The position numbers and the translations under genes are program-made. A stretch of DNA of 57,427 bases, the filler included, from Sphacelaria rigidula (lineage: Eukaryota), in NCBI GenBank assembly GCA_964200075.2. It is 2 parts of 2 records of this genome, joined end to end, with 100 filler letters (N's around TTAATTAATTAA, not from the genome) between each part and the next. Parts side by side here need not be neighbours in the genome. Positions count along the whole stretch, not along the records: positions 1 to 28,704 come from CAXNAA020000095.1; 1 more part is not named here. One strand, given 5' to 3'. Shown piece by piece: positions 1-13,061 of this stretch. Positions within the stretch are counted from its first letter, which is position 1. Every line of letters starts with the position of its first letter. The notes below the pieces were generated by a model, which had not been told where the DNA came from, did no database searches, and saw only the letters and a program-made list of their open reading frames with translations.

Positions 1-1344
1 GGGGAAAGCACTGTTTTAGGCTTGAACCTCATCTCGGAGTTAAACCTCAATTCGCACAAATCGTTGTTACATGCTTCCAATCGTAGTAACCGCCATCAGC
101 TCCGGAATCTAGCGGAGAGAACAAATTTGAAGGCTGTTACTGTTACGGTGGGATCAAGGTAAACCCCGAACCGTCGTATTTTGGGGATACGGGGTTTTAG
201 CGTTGCCGGGTTTCCACTGCTAGTACGCACGAAGGACCCAGGAAGCCTGTGGACTTGTTTCCTTGTATCTGTCGTAGAAAAGCTCAGGTCGCTCTCAAAC
301 GTGGCAGTTATGCAAGTACTGGTGGTCCAGATGAAGAAAAAAAAAGATGGTGATAACAATATTTCGAAGATTCTCTGCTCTTCACGGGCTGCCGGGAGTC
401 CCAGCTTGAAGATCCTCTGAAGGCGGTACAAAATGCCTTAAGAGAAGTAAATAATGCGCACCCCGCGATAGTCTAAGAAACATATGCACAAAGGTTTGGT
501 CGCGAAACTCGAAAACCTCATATAAGTTTTCTCGCATCAATAAGAACATACCTGAAGAAGATTTTTCCATTTTGAGAAAAAACAGTCGGGAATTTACACG
601 TTTTACGCTCACTCAATCGTACAATAGCGCAAAACTTCATGTCGTTTTCAGGAGTTCTGAAAAAATGCACACACGTAGTATGGCTCATCACGATACGTTC
701 GATGGACGACGGATTTTGATCCTCTGATTTTCACTGGTTTTCGGGGGTCCCACGGGGTCCTTCCTGGGACCCCCGGAGAACCGGCGGAAATAGTCGGAAC
801 GTGAAAACAGTCTCCACCATCGAAAATTTTGTGGTGATTCATACAACCGTGTAGGACATTCGTGGAACATTTTAGGGCCGAACTCCTAGAAAGAGTGTGA
901 AGCTCCGCAAATGAAATATATGTTGAATGATGACCGTGAACCAGGCTGTAACTTCTCCCCAAACACCCTCACCCGGGGGATATTACTCAAACGTTGGGGC
1001 CATTTGTGGGCGGATTGCAATATGCTTCTGAACGCATGACAGGTAAATCGTCAAAAGATCGACACCCTTATTACGTACTCCTAGGAGGGGCAGGAGCACC
1101 ATCCTTCGTGGACGGCTTTTCTCCTGTCCCTTGTGAAGTTGTGGGCCTAACCTCCACATGAGACATCATCAATGCATTGAAGATGTTTTTTTTTTTTCGT
1201 TCATGACATGCAGTAGTTTTTCTACACTTGATGGGGTCTTGTCTGTACTCAAACAACTGAAGACAGAGTGGGGCAACACTGACCTGCAATTTGTTACAAA
1301 TGCAAATTAATTGGTCAGGACCCGTCGGTCCAAGTGCTGAAACT

Positions 1345-1490
1345 CAAGCCTTTTGGAACCCTCCCCTCCCGTCCCCGGGCCAGATGCCTCATTATGAGAA
1401 GCTCTGACAGAAAAAAAAAGAAGATGGAAACAGAAAAAACCGACGGCAACCATTTCAGCTGTGGAAGGTCAAAGAGGACGCCAGACGCAG
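1345..1490 (-). mobile_element. Diverged fragment of the 53603-54279 piggyBac-like MITE end
   Basis: CCTTTTGGAACCCTCCCCTCCCGTCCCCGG...CAACCATTT aligns with the reverse complement of 54150-54283. Confidence 0.6.
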
Positions 1491-2432
1491 ATGTCATGGA
1501 TGTACCGAAAATGAAACCACACTTACATGTAAAGCAGGCAGCGCAACAGCCCACACATACATCCACAGACGAATCAGCAGCGGCAGCCCTCCAACTTACC
1601 GCACACGCCTCGCAGGTAGGTAACCCAAGCTACTCTTGTGTGTATAGATTGATCGCTTTTGGTAAAATCATATTCCGGAGATATCATAGTACCGCAAGCA
1701 TTGTTCGCAATACAGCCAGCATAATATCTTGTAATATCTGCAGTACTATCAACGTGCAGTATGTACGGTGTTGTAATGCCCGTTATTATGGGAGAATTGG
1801 TGTTATAGAGAAGTCCTGAAATTTTAGAGAGCTCCAAGCGGCTCATTATTAGAATGTTTCGGGAAATTCTGTTTCACATTTCAGGATCAGAACGGAAGCG
1901 GGAAAAGGCGGTACGGTATAAATTTTACGCTGCTGAAAAAAACTCCATCATCACCCTTCCAGCGTCAGAGCCCTCTTCGGAGCACTCCACGCTGAAATCC
2001 GATGGACCTCTTCAGCCTCCAGTACGGAACGAGGAGGAACCATGACCACCCACCCATCCCCCATCACGTTCACAGCCAGCGCACAATCAATGTACCCTGA
2101 TTATCAAAGCGGGCCATCCATCACAACCGTCAACCTCGTCACAATGGACCACTCACGAAGTAGGAACGCTTGGCATCGCAAACAGAGGGCTTTCCTGCCG
2201 CCGCCATGGTGTCAACCTTCGATCGGTTGTGTTGCGTGAAATTCAAATGATCGGCGTGTACAAGACGTTGCCTCATGTACAGCTCCTCACTCTTGCCAAC
2301 CCATGATGGGAGAATACGGTGTAAACGATTCGCAGTCTACCGTGCGCAAACAATGCCACACCTGGCTGCACCGCCATTCCCCAGGTCATGGCCTCTTACA
2401 CGACCGTCATGAGTGACATCTTGCGAATTCTT

Positions 2433-4307
2433 TACACCCTGGACAATACAATATGTTTCCAATATATATTAGTCGATCGTATTGGAATTTTGCGATATAT
2501 TGCCGGTGTAATATATATTGGTACCCTTAGACTTCACATATATTGCGCGCCCAATATATATTGATGTCGTGGGACTGCATACGTATTGCCCGCCCAATAT
2601 ATATTGGTACTATTGGGTTGAACACATATCGTCCCATCAATATATATTGGGGCAGCGTGGGTGACAATGTATTGGCCGGTCAATATATATATGAGAAATT
2701 ATAAGTATCGTGTACGCTCTAGGAGAGATTCAGACGCCATGGATGCCGGAGCCCGTGCAGATTGGGAAAAGCTTCAAAGGGAGCCGCAGAACTTCTCTTG
2801 AATTACTGCGGAAAGTTGTCGAATGCGTTCGATATATATATATATATTTATATATCACACCCTGGACAATACAATATGTTTCCAATATATATATATTAGT
2901 CAATCATATTGGAATTTTGCGATATATTGCCGGTATAATATATATTGGTACCCTTAGACTGCACATGTATTGTGCGCCCAATATATATTGATGTCGTGGG
3001 ACTGGGTACATATCGCCCGCCCAATATATATTGGTACTATCGGGTTGAACATATATTGTCCCATCAATATATATATTGGGGCAGCGTGGGTGACAACGCA
3101 TTGGCCGGTCAATATATATGAGAAATTGTAAGTATCGTGTACGCTCTAGGAGAGATTCAGACGCGATGGATGCCGGAGCCCGTGCAGATTGGGAACAGCT
3201 TTAAAGGGAGCCGCAGAAGTTCGCGTGCATTACTGCGGAGAGTTGTCGAATGCGTTTGATATATACATATATATATATATATATGTATACTGGTGAGAAA
3301 ATATGGTGACAGAAGAGGCGACCCGGTACATATGCCTCCTGATACCTATCTGTTCACCAGTGCGGGGCCGCCCACCCCGTTTCCAGCATGTAATATAAAT
3401 ATCTTGGCTAAACATCACAACGACAGGAAACGCGGGTCGATATGCGCTTTTTGGTACCCCTGTGGTCACCGGGGCTATGTTGCTCATACCCTGGACAATA
3501 TAATATGTTCCAATATGATACCAATATTTTGCATTGGAGATTGGAGCCAGCGCAAATATTGTTCTTTCAATATACAATGTGTTGAGCTGTCCTCGGAGAT
3601 ATTGAAGCAACAACATATCTTGCTCGTGTCATGATCATGAAGAAATGTACGTCAATATATATTGGACATGCAATTGCTCCGAGAATAAAACGTTCAATAT
3701 ATATTGAGTCGAGGCGATGCGTAGCATATAGTTACCATAATATATGTTGAACGCAAATCATGCAGAAGTAGTGTTTTTCCAATATAATGAACACGCTTGC
3801 GGAGGAATACATGGGAGCATTTTCGGCATGTAAAATACGTCTTTGAAAGGCGCCCGCGAACAAAGAACTGCTCACCATACTAATTCTAATACACTTTCCA
3901 ATCTATGTTGAAAATCAATATAGTTTTCTGCACCAACGTGTATTGTGACCGTCGGTTCCCTCGTGTATTGTCCGCCCAAGATATATTGGACGCATTGACG
4001 CACGACCTATTGGGGCGGCAATATATATTGGAGCTTCAGGTGTCGAGTATGTTGAATCGTCAATATATATTGACCTCGCGAGGCATCAAATATATTACTC
4101 GGCCAATACATATCGAGGTGGCGCGTGTCGTGATTTATTGTTTGGTCGATATATATTGCATTTCGCGAGCCTTGATATATTGATGGTACAATATATATTG
4201 ACCCTCTCTCGTGTCATCATATTGCTCGCCCAATATATATTGACCATCCGACGCGTCGATATATTGAGCGGGCAATATATATTACATATTGTATTGTCCG
4301 GGGTGTG
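2433..4307 (+). mobile_element. Non-autonomous hAT-like element (family 1, copy A) with duplicated left end
   Basis: Termini (T)ACACCCTGGACAATACAATATG ... CATATTGTATTGTCCGGGGTGTG. Flanks GAATTCTT / GAATCGTT (6/8 match, degenerate 8-bp TSD). Dense CAATATATATTG motifs. The first ~420 bp (2433-2855) is repeated from a second CACACCCTGG at 2856. Confidence 0.85.
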
Positions 4308-5439
4308 GAATCGTTGCACTGCGACTTTATCTGTTCTGTGGAAATGCTGCCGTGCTATCTGTATGGTATAGCTGTACTTTTGTATTGTAGGGTTCTACAT
4401 TGCACTGTACTACAGGGCACAGACTCGCTACTGCTGTACAGTGCTGTGCGGGCCTAGGCATTTCCGAACCGGATGCTGGTCCAACGCACACCTGCCGGGG
4501 CATCCTGTGACCGATCACTGCGACCCAGAAAATGCACGCCAATCCATGTTACATCAGCTTCCGTTTTGAACGTTTCAGCGTCCACACTGAAGTTTCACGA
4601 GCCTCCACGTTGAAATTGTTCCAGTCTGATCCTGAAGTGACTTTCGATTCTTCCGAAACTCTCTATGATTGAGTTCTGCCATTGCTGTCAAATATCTCAT
4701 CACGGACACAGGGCTGATCTCGCCATTGGCTTGCCCTCGCCGGCAACATGAAGGACAGGATGGTGCTGCCTGCGTGTGTATGACGTTCGAAATGATGGTA
4801 AACATCTTTCTCGCAACCTCTCTGTGAAAAGGGTGGGGTAGTCGGAAGGGCACGGAAGGGTGTCATCGATCGGTCCTCCCGGAACGCAGCAGCAGCACAC
4901 TCAAATAGAACTTCCGGCTGTAAAAAGCTCAGTGCAAAACTTGCAGCATGTTTCCAGTCAGTTGTGTGCGCAGATATACTCACCACACCATTAGCTATAG
5001 ACTTCACAGACGGTGCGATCGTGTATACTCGTAGCAGCACAGCAGGCAAGTAGGTCGCTACTGGATTGTTTCTGCTCTTCACCTCGAAAGTGTGTATATC
5101 CGCAAAGGGCAACGACCGTACTTGCTCGCAACAGCCGAACCACCGCAACCGACGCACACACCGTCTGCGAAGATGGACGCCGCGAACCCACGACGCATCT
5201 TACTCTGCAACATGTCCCAGGGTGCCATTTCGAAGGTCCCTCATGGCTCTCGCCTCCTTGCGAGCGCCGCGGCGTGCTCACAGGGCAGCTATGCGAAGTG
5301 TTTCGCTGCAGTCCGAAGTGTTCAGACTTTCCATAACGTGAAGCTTTGTAGAAAAAATCAAGCCTCTTGATTATCGGAGAACGCCGAACGCCGCGTCTGA
5401 AAACGCCAAATATTCCGCACGTCGGACAGATCAGCTCCC

Positions 5440-6410
5440 CATAGCTCGAGCTAGCTCTTTTTTGGCGTAGCTCCCTCGTGATCTATGAGAGCTACGTGAG
5501 CTACGCATCTTTTTCCTGGAGTGAGCTATGAGAGCTGTATGAGCTACACATGTTTGCCCTACGTGAGCTACCAACCCGTAGCTCATCAGCTCATATTAGC
5601 CCTGGTTGAGCTATGACAGCTGCATGAGCTACGCATGTTTGCCCCGGATGAGCTGTGACAGCTGCATGAGCTACACATGTTTGCCCTGGATGAGCTATGA
5701 GAGCTACGGGAGCTACGCATGATTGCACTGCTTGAGCTCACGAGCTACGGGAGCAACGCTGATCTTGGAGTTGTTTCTGTTCCGATGCTCATGCACGTTG
5801 ATATTGTACGTACGTGACAACGGTTAAATGTGCACACACCTGTTCCGTTTCGTGTAGCGATGCATTTGCTTTCTGTAAACATCAACAATCAACATGGCTG
5901 CATCAGAAGCCATCCGCATCATAGCCACCGCATACACAACCACAGACGCACACACGACCACACACACAGAACTCGCCCTGCATGCCTTGGGTGAGCTATC
6001 GAGCGTAGCTCATCCGCATATGTTTTCCCTGGGTGAGCTGTAAGAGCTAGGTGAGCTACGCATGTTTGTCTTGCGTGAGCTACCGGACGTGGATCATCCG
6101 CGCATGTTTTCTCTGGGTGAGCTATGAGAGCTGTATGAGCTACGCACGTTTGCGATATGTGAGATACCAACCCCTAGCTCATCAACTCAGATTTGTTCTG
6201 GGTGAGCTCTGAGAGCTGCATGAGCTATGCATGTTCGCCCTGGGTGAGCTACCAACCCGTAACCATCAGCTCACATTCGCCCTGGATGAGCTATGAGAGC
6301 TGCATGAGCCACGCATGTTTGTCCTGGGTGAGCTACCAACCCGTAGCTCACATGTACATGTTTGGCTACAAGTAAGCTACCGCCTGCCGATGAGCTAGCT
6401 CATGAGCTGT
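5440..6410. repeat. AGCT-rich 42-bp minisatellite in two blocks (5440-5760, 5985-6410) with two unit types
   Basis: Unit A GGTGAGCTATGAGAGCTGCATGAGCTACGCATGTTTGCCCT and unit B GGTGAGCTACCAACCCGTAGCTCATCAGCTCA...GCCCT. GAGCTAGCTC palindromes at 5448 and 6392. Confidence 0.9.
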
Positions 6411-7065
6411 CCTACGTGTAAAGTATTCGAAGAAAGGCCAATATACCAAAAAGGGTACACCCTGGTGCTTCTCGAACAAAAATGGGTAACGTTTTTTTTG
6501 GTTCGAGACGCGGTGCTGCACGCGGTCTAACCTCGAAAACACGTTCCAGCTCGTCAGCCCCACGCACAACGTGTCTGTGTAGCATGCCGGACCTTTTGTC
6601 TTTTTCACACGTGGTGCTGGGCTTTACTACGGCGTGAAAAAGGGCGGTCTGTGAAGGTACACTTTTTTGTAAGCAAACCAGGAGGGTACACCCTGTTTTC
6701 TGCTCAAAAATATCGCTCGTCTGTTTTTGTTTACGTGTAGACCCCTTCATGCTCAAGTGCCTACCTTTTTTGAGTACGTATTGTGCGAGGTCATATCGTT
6801 CTCTGAAGCTTTGAGAAGCCAATGTTTCGTGTTCACTTACTTTTCGAATACACGTTTTCCGCTTATACCTCTATGCTTGCATTTCGCTGGACATTAGAGT
6901 GCGTTCTGTTTCTGCTTGTGGTTAGGGTATATCTGTTTTCCGCGCTGTGTTCTGCATGGCAGTAGGGCGATATGGCGTTGTGACGCGTTCCGTCGAATTC
7001 CCTGTATCCACGTGACAGCAGACCCTTAAGACCGTTGGGGGTACCGTCATTCATCTCGATCACTC

Positions 7066-8080
7066 GTCATTTGCGGAATCGGCACCGGTTTAATACGAAA
7101 ATGGAGTCGGAATCATGTTATTCGACGATCGGGAGGCATGCCCTAAAATCATGCCACCGCTCTCTACTGAACATAATCTTATTCCTCTCGGGGACGTGCT
7201 GGCACACCTCGGACGTGTTTTGATGTTGCACGCGTGTCCCAAATGTACCTTGTTTTTCCCTGTGCCTGCAGTCAGACTGCAGACTGAAGCTGGTGCTACT
7301 ACGTCAACGACACATTCGAGTTTCGTTCTTCATGGCTGACCGGCTGCAGCGCTGTTCCCTTTTTTTTCGGAGTTGAATCGGCATTATCTCAACTAGCGCT
7401 GACCGCGTGTCTAGTGCGCGCGTCACATATAAACGACCTTTCCTCATGAAATTCTGAGCAGACTAGTGCAAGGTCACGCAACACGTGCGCAGCCGATGAG
7501 CAGCTACGGCTCCGGCTGTGTTCTTTGGTTTGTGAGGCGGTCAGGTCCTCAGATTCACCACTGTGTGCGGTTGTATCAAGCCTCTGCATGTGCCCCTGTC
7601 AACGGACATCTATGTTTCTCTTCGGGCTGAAACGCGAGGCAAACAAAAGTCGTCTGTGGAACCGGCATCGGTTTTACTCGAAATTGAATGGGCATCATGT
7701 TCCTTTTACAAGCACGAGATGTGATAAAATATCGTGCAATCGCTGTCCATTGAAGAGTCTTCCGCTCGGGGCAAGGCTTTCACACCTGGAGCGTGTTCTG
7801 ATCTTGCACACATGTCTCAACTGTCCTTTTTATATTTTTTGTCTTTGCGCTGCTGCAGCTGGTGCCATTGCCTTCACGGCACGCTGAAGTTCTGCTCATC
7901 ATAAGTGGCCGGATGCAACGTTCCCTTCATTTCGAATTCGAAGCAGCATCGTCTCAACGGGTGATGATTCTCTGTGTGCGTGTGTGTTGCGCGCCTCACA
8001 CAAGCCATCGTTTCTGATCGATTCTGAACCGAGTTGTGCCATGTCCCATACCACGTGCTCAGCTCATAAGCAGCTATGGC
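7066..8080 (+). repeat. Old tandem duplication, ~580-bp period
   Basis: 7066-7510 aligns with 7650-8080 (GGAATCGGCACCGGTTT / GGAACCGGCATCGGTTT ... AGCAGCTACGGC / AGCAGCTATGGC), strongly diverged. Confidence 0.7.
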
Positions 8081-9479
8081 ATTTTCTTCAAACTAGGCCA
8101 TGTGCCATGACGCATCACCGGTCCTCACGTATCTTGGCTGTTGATCTCTTGAGCGTGGCGGCGAAAGCCGCCGAAACCCTTGTGTATAATTTGTCCATAG
8201 AGTATGTCGACAACCTGCGGTACATAATATGTTGGCTGAACAACATCCTGGCGCAAAGACGAGTCGGGATGTATTAAGTGAGGGAACAACGTGTGGACCG
8301 ATTTGGGAATGTAATGTGCGTCGGCCGTACATACAACTTGCCACGAATGACTTCAATGTATGTTATTCGCACAGTATGTTCCTTCAGGATATGCGCCAGC
8401 ACATCTTGTCTGTGTAAACATTACATGCCGGACAGGCGCAGTATAGATTGACCGCGCAAAATGTTTCAGGCTCAAAATGGACAATCTATTGCCGGCGCAA
8501 TACGCTGTGCGCAAGTGAGTGCCATGGAGGTTGGACGTGAACGAGTGTAGTGTGTATATTGGGCGTGAAATATACGGGTGAGCCGATAGGTGTAACACCT
8601 GCCGACGAGAAATTATGACCGTGTGGTGGGTGAAACATCTCGACACTTCAACTATTTCCCCGATACATCCTCAGTATGTACTCTTCCTACACTCTGCCTC
8701 ATCAACGGCCTGTGATGTACACTATCTGCACCTCTATATGTGACTGGGACGGCTCACAAGCGCCCAGCGTTTATCGTGGGGAGGATGCTGGAATTAGTGA
8801 GCGAGATCTCGTGCACTCGCCCCGGGAGATGAGTGTTCGGTCGAACGGTCGTGCAAGGGGTCCAGTCCGAGTATTTCGAGCTACATTTTGTGTTGGGGTT
8901 TAGGTGTAAAAGCGTACAGTCGCGCTCAGGCCTGTTCAAACGGACGCGTCATAGCGGCGGTCCTGCAATATTTCCCTTCATGACCGATCAACAGCCGAGA
9001 AGGAGAACGCAGCCGCTATGTTTTTTCAGCAGAACCTCGTCCAACCGCACCGGCATGCACTCGGCCTGCGGGCCTGTTCTGCACGCGATTACGTGTGGGA
9101 ATCGATTGCGCTCGGGATAGTCTGACCGTGGCATTAGGATTAGATTATGCAGCATTATATAGTGTAGTACAGAAATAATAGAAGTATCGCGGTGCGGTGG
9201 AGCGATGCTTTGAATGTTCCACGACGTAATCTCGAACTCGAGGTTTCCGGTGTATTTTTCATTGCCGCACTTCGAACCCCTCCCCTTCCTCGGGACAAGT
9301 CCGTGGTCTCAAGAGATTAACCCATCTCTCCCCGGTACACGCCTTGCATTTGGTCTCGCGGATTGGGTCGGGACCCCAGCACAGCGTAAACTCACGTCAA
9401 ACAAACTGAGTCAACTACTTTATTTACTCACGTTCTCGAGCTCTCCACGGTGGATATCAAATACTACACAAAAAACATC

Positions 9480-12400
9480 CGCATCCTGGATAATACAACA
9501 TGTGTAATATATATGGCCTGCTCAATACGTCGACGCGTCGGGTGGTCAATACATATTGGGCGAGCATTATGATGGCACGAGGGAGGGTCAATATATATCG
9601 TGCCATCAATATGTCAAGTCTGGCGACATGCAATATATATCGACCAAACGATATGTCACGACACGCCACCTCAATATATGTATATATATTTGTCGAGTAA
9701 TATTAGCCATGTGTACTCGCTTTCTTCAGTATTATCTATTCCTGTTTAGCTTGTATCGCGTTTTGTGAGTTTTCAATCTGGGTTTTGTTTTGTTTTTTTG
9801 CTAGCCTGTGACCACGGAAGGCGTCCGCATCAGATGCCCAGTACGAATGTACCGCGCAGATATCGGAACGTTTTTTTTTATGTGAAGACAACAACAACAA
9901 CAACAACATGTTGGCTGCCACACGAGGTCATTATATGTTGATGTTTCAATATCCTCAACACCCGAAGCGCCAATATATATTGCCCCCAATATATATAATG
10001 TCGTGCGTCAATGCGTCCAGTATATATTGGGCGGGCAATACACGAGGCAAGGGACGGTCACAATACATACTGGTGAAGCAATATATATATATATATAAAT
10101 ATGTACATGTATCATTTCGCATTTTTCACCACTTTTGCCGAGTTTTCTCCGGCGGCAAGGCATCTCATCACGCGCTTTCTTTTGCAGTGCGCGAAGAAGG
10201 CGCAGCGGTACATTACCTTTCAGGTTTGTGTGTTGGGTTTCATCTGATATCTGTAGCGCGTGTTCTGGTCATCAAAAGTCGCCCAAACTGGCTTTTTTTT
10301 GCGGGGTGTCGATCCCGAACCACAAAAACCTCCTCAAGTTCATGGAAAACTTCAAGCAGCAGGATGATTGTTGGAGGGGTATTTCTCCCCCGTGTTTCGC
10401 TTTGTCGTGTTCTAGTTGATTTGGGGGGACAAGCACACCGGTTATGCCGCCAATGTCACGAGAACATGAGGACAATGCAGTTGAAAACAATTGAACATTG
10501 CCTTGGCTTTAGTCAGCCGCAAACACAAGACCGTGCAATGAGCCGTTGACGAGTTGAACAATGCACACACGTGGGCAAACGTCCCCACTGTGGGTCACGT
10601 GTGTAGAACCGGCAAAGAACAGTCCAAAATCGCTGTGATCATGCAACCCGTGACAGAGAATTCCGTAACAAGATGCGAGGGGACAAATGTGCGCAAACAA
10701 TGGTTGGTACTATGGAGATGCCGCCAACCCTCACGCTAACCCTAACACCAACCCCGACCAAGGCATACCGAGAACCTTCGGGCAAGGAGGTTCAATGTTC
10801 TCCCCAGGCAAAGTGTGCGTTACCAGATCTCAAATCAACGTCTTTCAGCCGATTTTGGACCAAAACACGTTCTGGACGAGATGGGTCTACTGCTCACAAC
10901 TGCTCACCTGCCCCAGACCATATATTTTCTCGGAACTTTCTACAGTCTGAAATCAATCAAAATCGAGTACCAGCCGTTGCATACGCACATGTACATTTCG
11001 TAGGGTCTACTGCAGGATGCCCCTGTCAAGCACGGACGCAGGGATATCCTTGTGACAGGGATGACAGAGATAATTATACGTGTACGCACCTCATGTATCT
11101 TTCGACGGCTTAGTACTGTATTTTCAGTACAAATCAAGCGTGACTTTGCTTGTGGATTTCTCCGCCGTATCATATGGTGTTTGAACAATATGATGTTTGA
11201 ACGAGCCAGCCTGAAAATTGGCACAGAGGCAGACCACAACACAGACAGCATATTCTTCTCGGATTGGCGGCACGTTTCACGTGGTGCGCCAGACGCACGA
11301 AGCGAGTACGGATTATGGGCAATGCCATCGATACGCCATCAAAACGGAGTCCCCTCGGCCCAGACGGTGTGAGACGTCAGCGAATGCATATGTGGACACG
11401 CAGATGCGCTCACTGCCACATCATAACCTGCTGGGTGGCTCCTGCCCCGGCAAACGAGCATCGATCCCTACTGGGCACACTTTGTACCTATCTTCGTATC
11501 ACCTGTAGAGGTACTCGCTTCAGGAGGCACGGTCGTGCAAGCGCTGTCATAACTTTTACGCGCAATGTCTATTATGTGCATGTAACATTTCACGTTTTAC
11601 ACCACTTTTGCCGAGTTTTCTCTGGCGGCAAGGTATTTTTTCCCTCGCTTTTTTTTTAAGCGCACTGAGAAGGCCCAGCGGTACATTACCTTTCAGGTTT
11701 GGTGTCATCTGATATCTGTAGCGCGTGTTCTGGCCACCGAAAGTCGCTCAAACTGGCCCTTCTTCGCGGGGTGTCGATCCCGAACCACAAAAGCCTCTTC
11801 ACGATCGTGGAAAACTTGAATAAATATATTTTCGACTTGCGTCACCCCCGGGAGGCCCGTACCAACCTCCCGGAGGAGAACCTTGTATATCTATACATGA
11901 ATTTTCAACATGTAAACTTGAAAGTGTATTGGAATTGGTATAGGCAGTTCTTTATTCGGGGGCGTCATTGAAAGATGTGTGACCACATGCCGAAAACGTT
12001 TAATATATTCCTCCGCGAGCGTGTTCAATATATATTGGCTGCACAATTGCGATGTGATGAGCGTGCACAGTATATTTGAAAAACAATAACTTTGCATGGT
12101 TTGCGTTCAGTATATATCATGGTAACAATTTGTTACGCATCGCTTCGACCCGATATACATTGACACTTCAATAATTACACGGCCGGCATGCACAATATAT
12201 ATTGAATATTTTGTTCCCGGAGTAAAGTCATGTCCAATATATTGCCATGCATTACTTCACGATCGTGACACGAGAAATATATGTTGTTGCTTCAATGTCT
12301 CCGAGGACATCCAAACACAGTATATCTTGAAAGGACAATATTTGCGCTGTTTCCAATACAAAGTGTTGGTATCATATTGGAACATCGTGTATTGTCCAGG

Positions 12401-13061
12401 GTGTAAGCAACACAGCATTGGCGACCACGGGGGTACCAAAAGATGCATATTGACCTGCGTTTTCTGTCGTCGTGATGTTTACCGAAGATATTCTAGATGC
12501 CTGAAGGGGATGAGCGGCCCCGTACCATTGGCCAGATAGGTATCAAAAGGCATATATACCGGGTCGCCTCTCCTGCCACCATATTTTCTGACCGGTGTAT
12601 ATATATATATATATATATAAGTATATCAAACGAATTCGACAACTACTCGTAGCAATTCACGCGAACTGCTGCGGCTCCCTTCGAAGCTTTTTCCAATCTG
12701 CATGGGCTCCGGCATCCACTGCGTCTGGATCTTCCGAGTGTACACCGTACTTATATAATTCAATGTATACTGACTGACCAATACATTGTCACCCCCGCAG
12801 ACCCAATATATATTGAACGGTCAATACGTTCTCACCATGGCGATCCTAATTTAAATTGGTCGTTATGCCGTCGCCCACACTGCCCCAAAATATATTGATG
12901 AAACAATATGCGTTCAATCCCACGACATCAATATATATATTGGGCGCGCAACACGTGTGCCGTCGAAGGGTACCAAAGTATATCACGCCGGCAATATATC
13001 GCGAAATTCCAGTATGATCGACCAATATATATTGAAAATATTTTGTAGTGTCCAGGGCGTG
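9480..13061 (-). mobile_element. Older hAT-like family 1 copy B (reverse orientation), interrupted by secondary insertions
   Basis: Degenerate termini CGCATCCTGGATAATAC at 9480 and GTAGTGTCCAGGGCGTG ending at 13061. Flanks AAAAACATC / AAAAGCATT. Segments 9480-9710, 9930-10090 and 11890-13061 are reverse-complement homologous to copies A and C. The two flanks join into one SINE. Confidence 0.75.
10106..11819 (+). repeat. ~245-bp direct repeats (10106-10352, 11579-11819) bounding a ~1.2-kb core, inside hAT copy B
   Basis: CACCACTTTTGCCGAGTTTTCT...CAGCGGTACATTACCTTTCAGGTTTG...GGGTGTCGATCCCGAACCACAAAA occurs twice. Confidence 0.85.
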
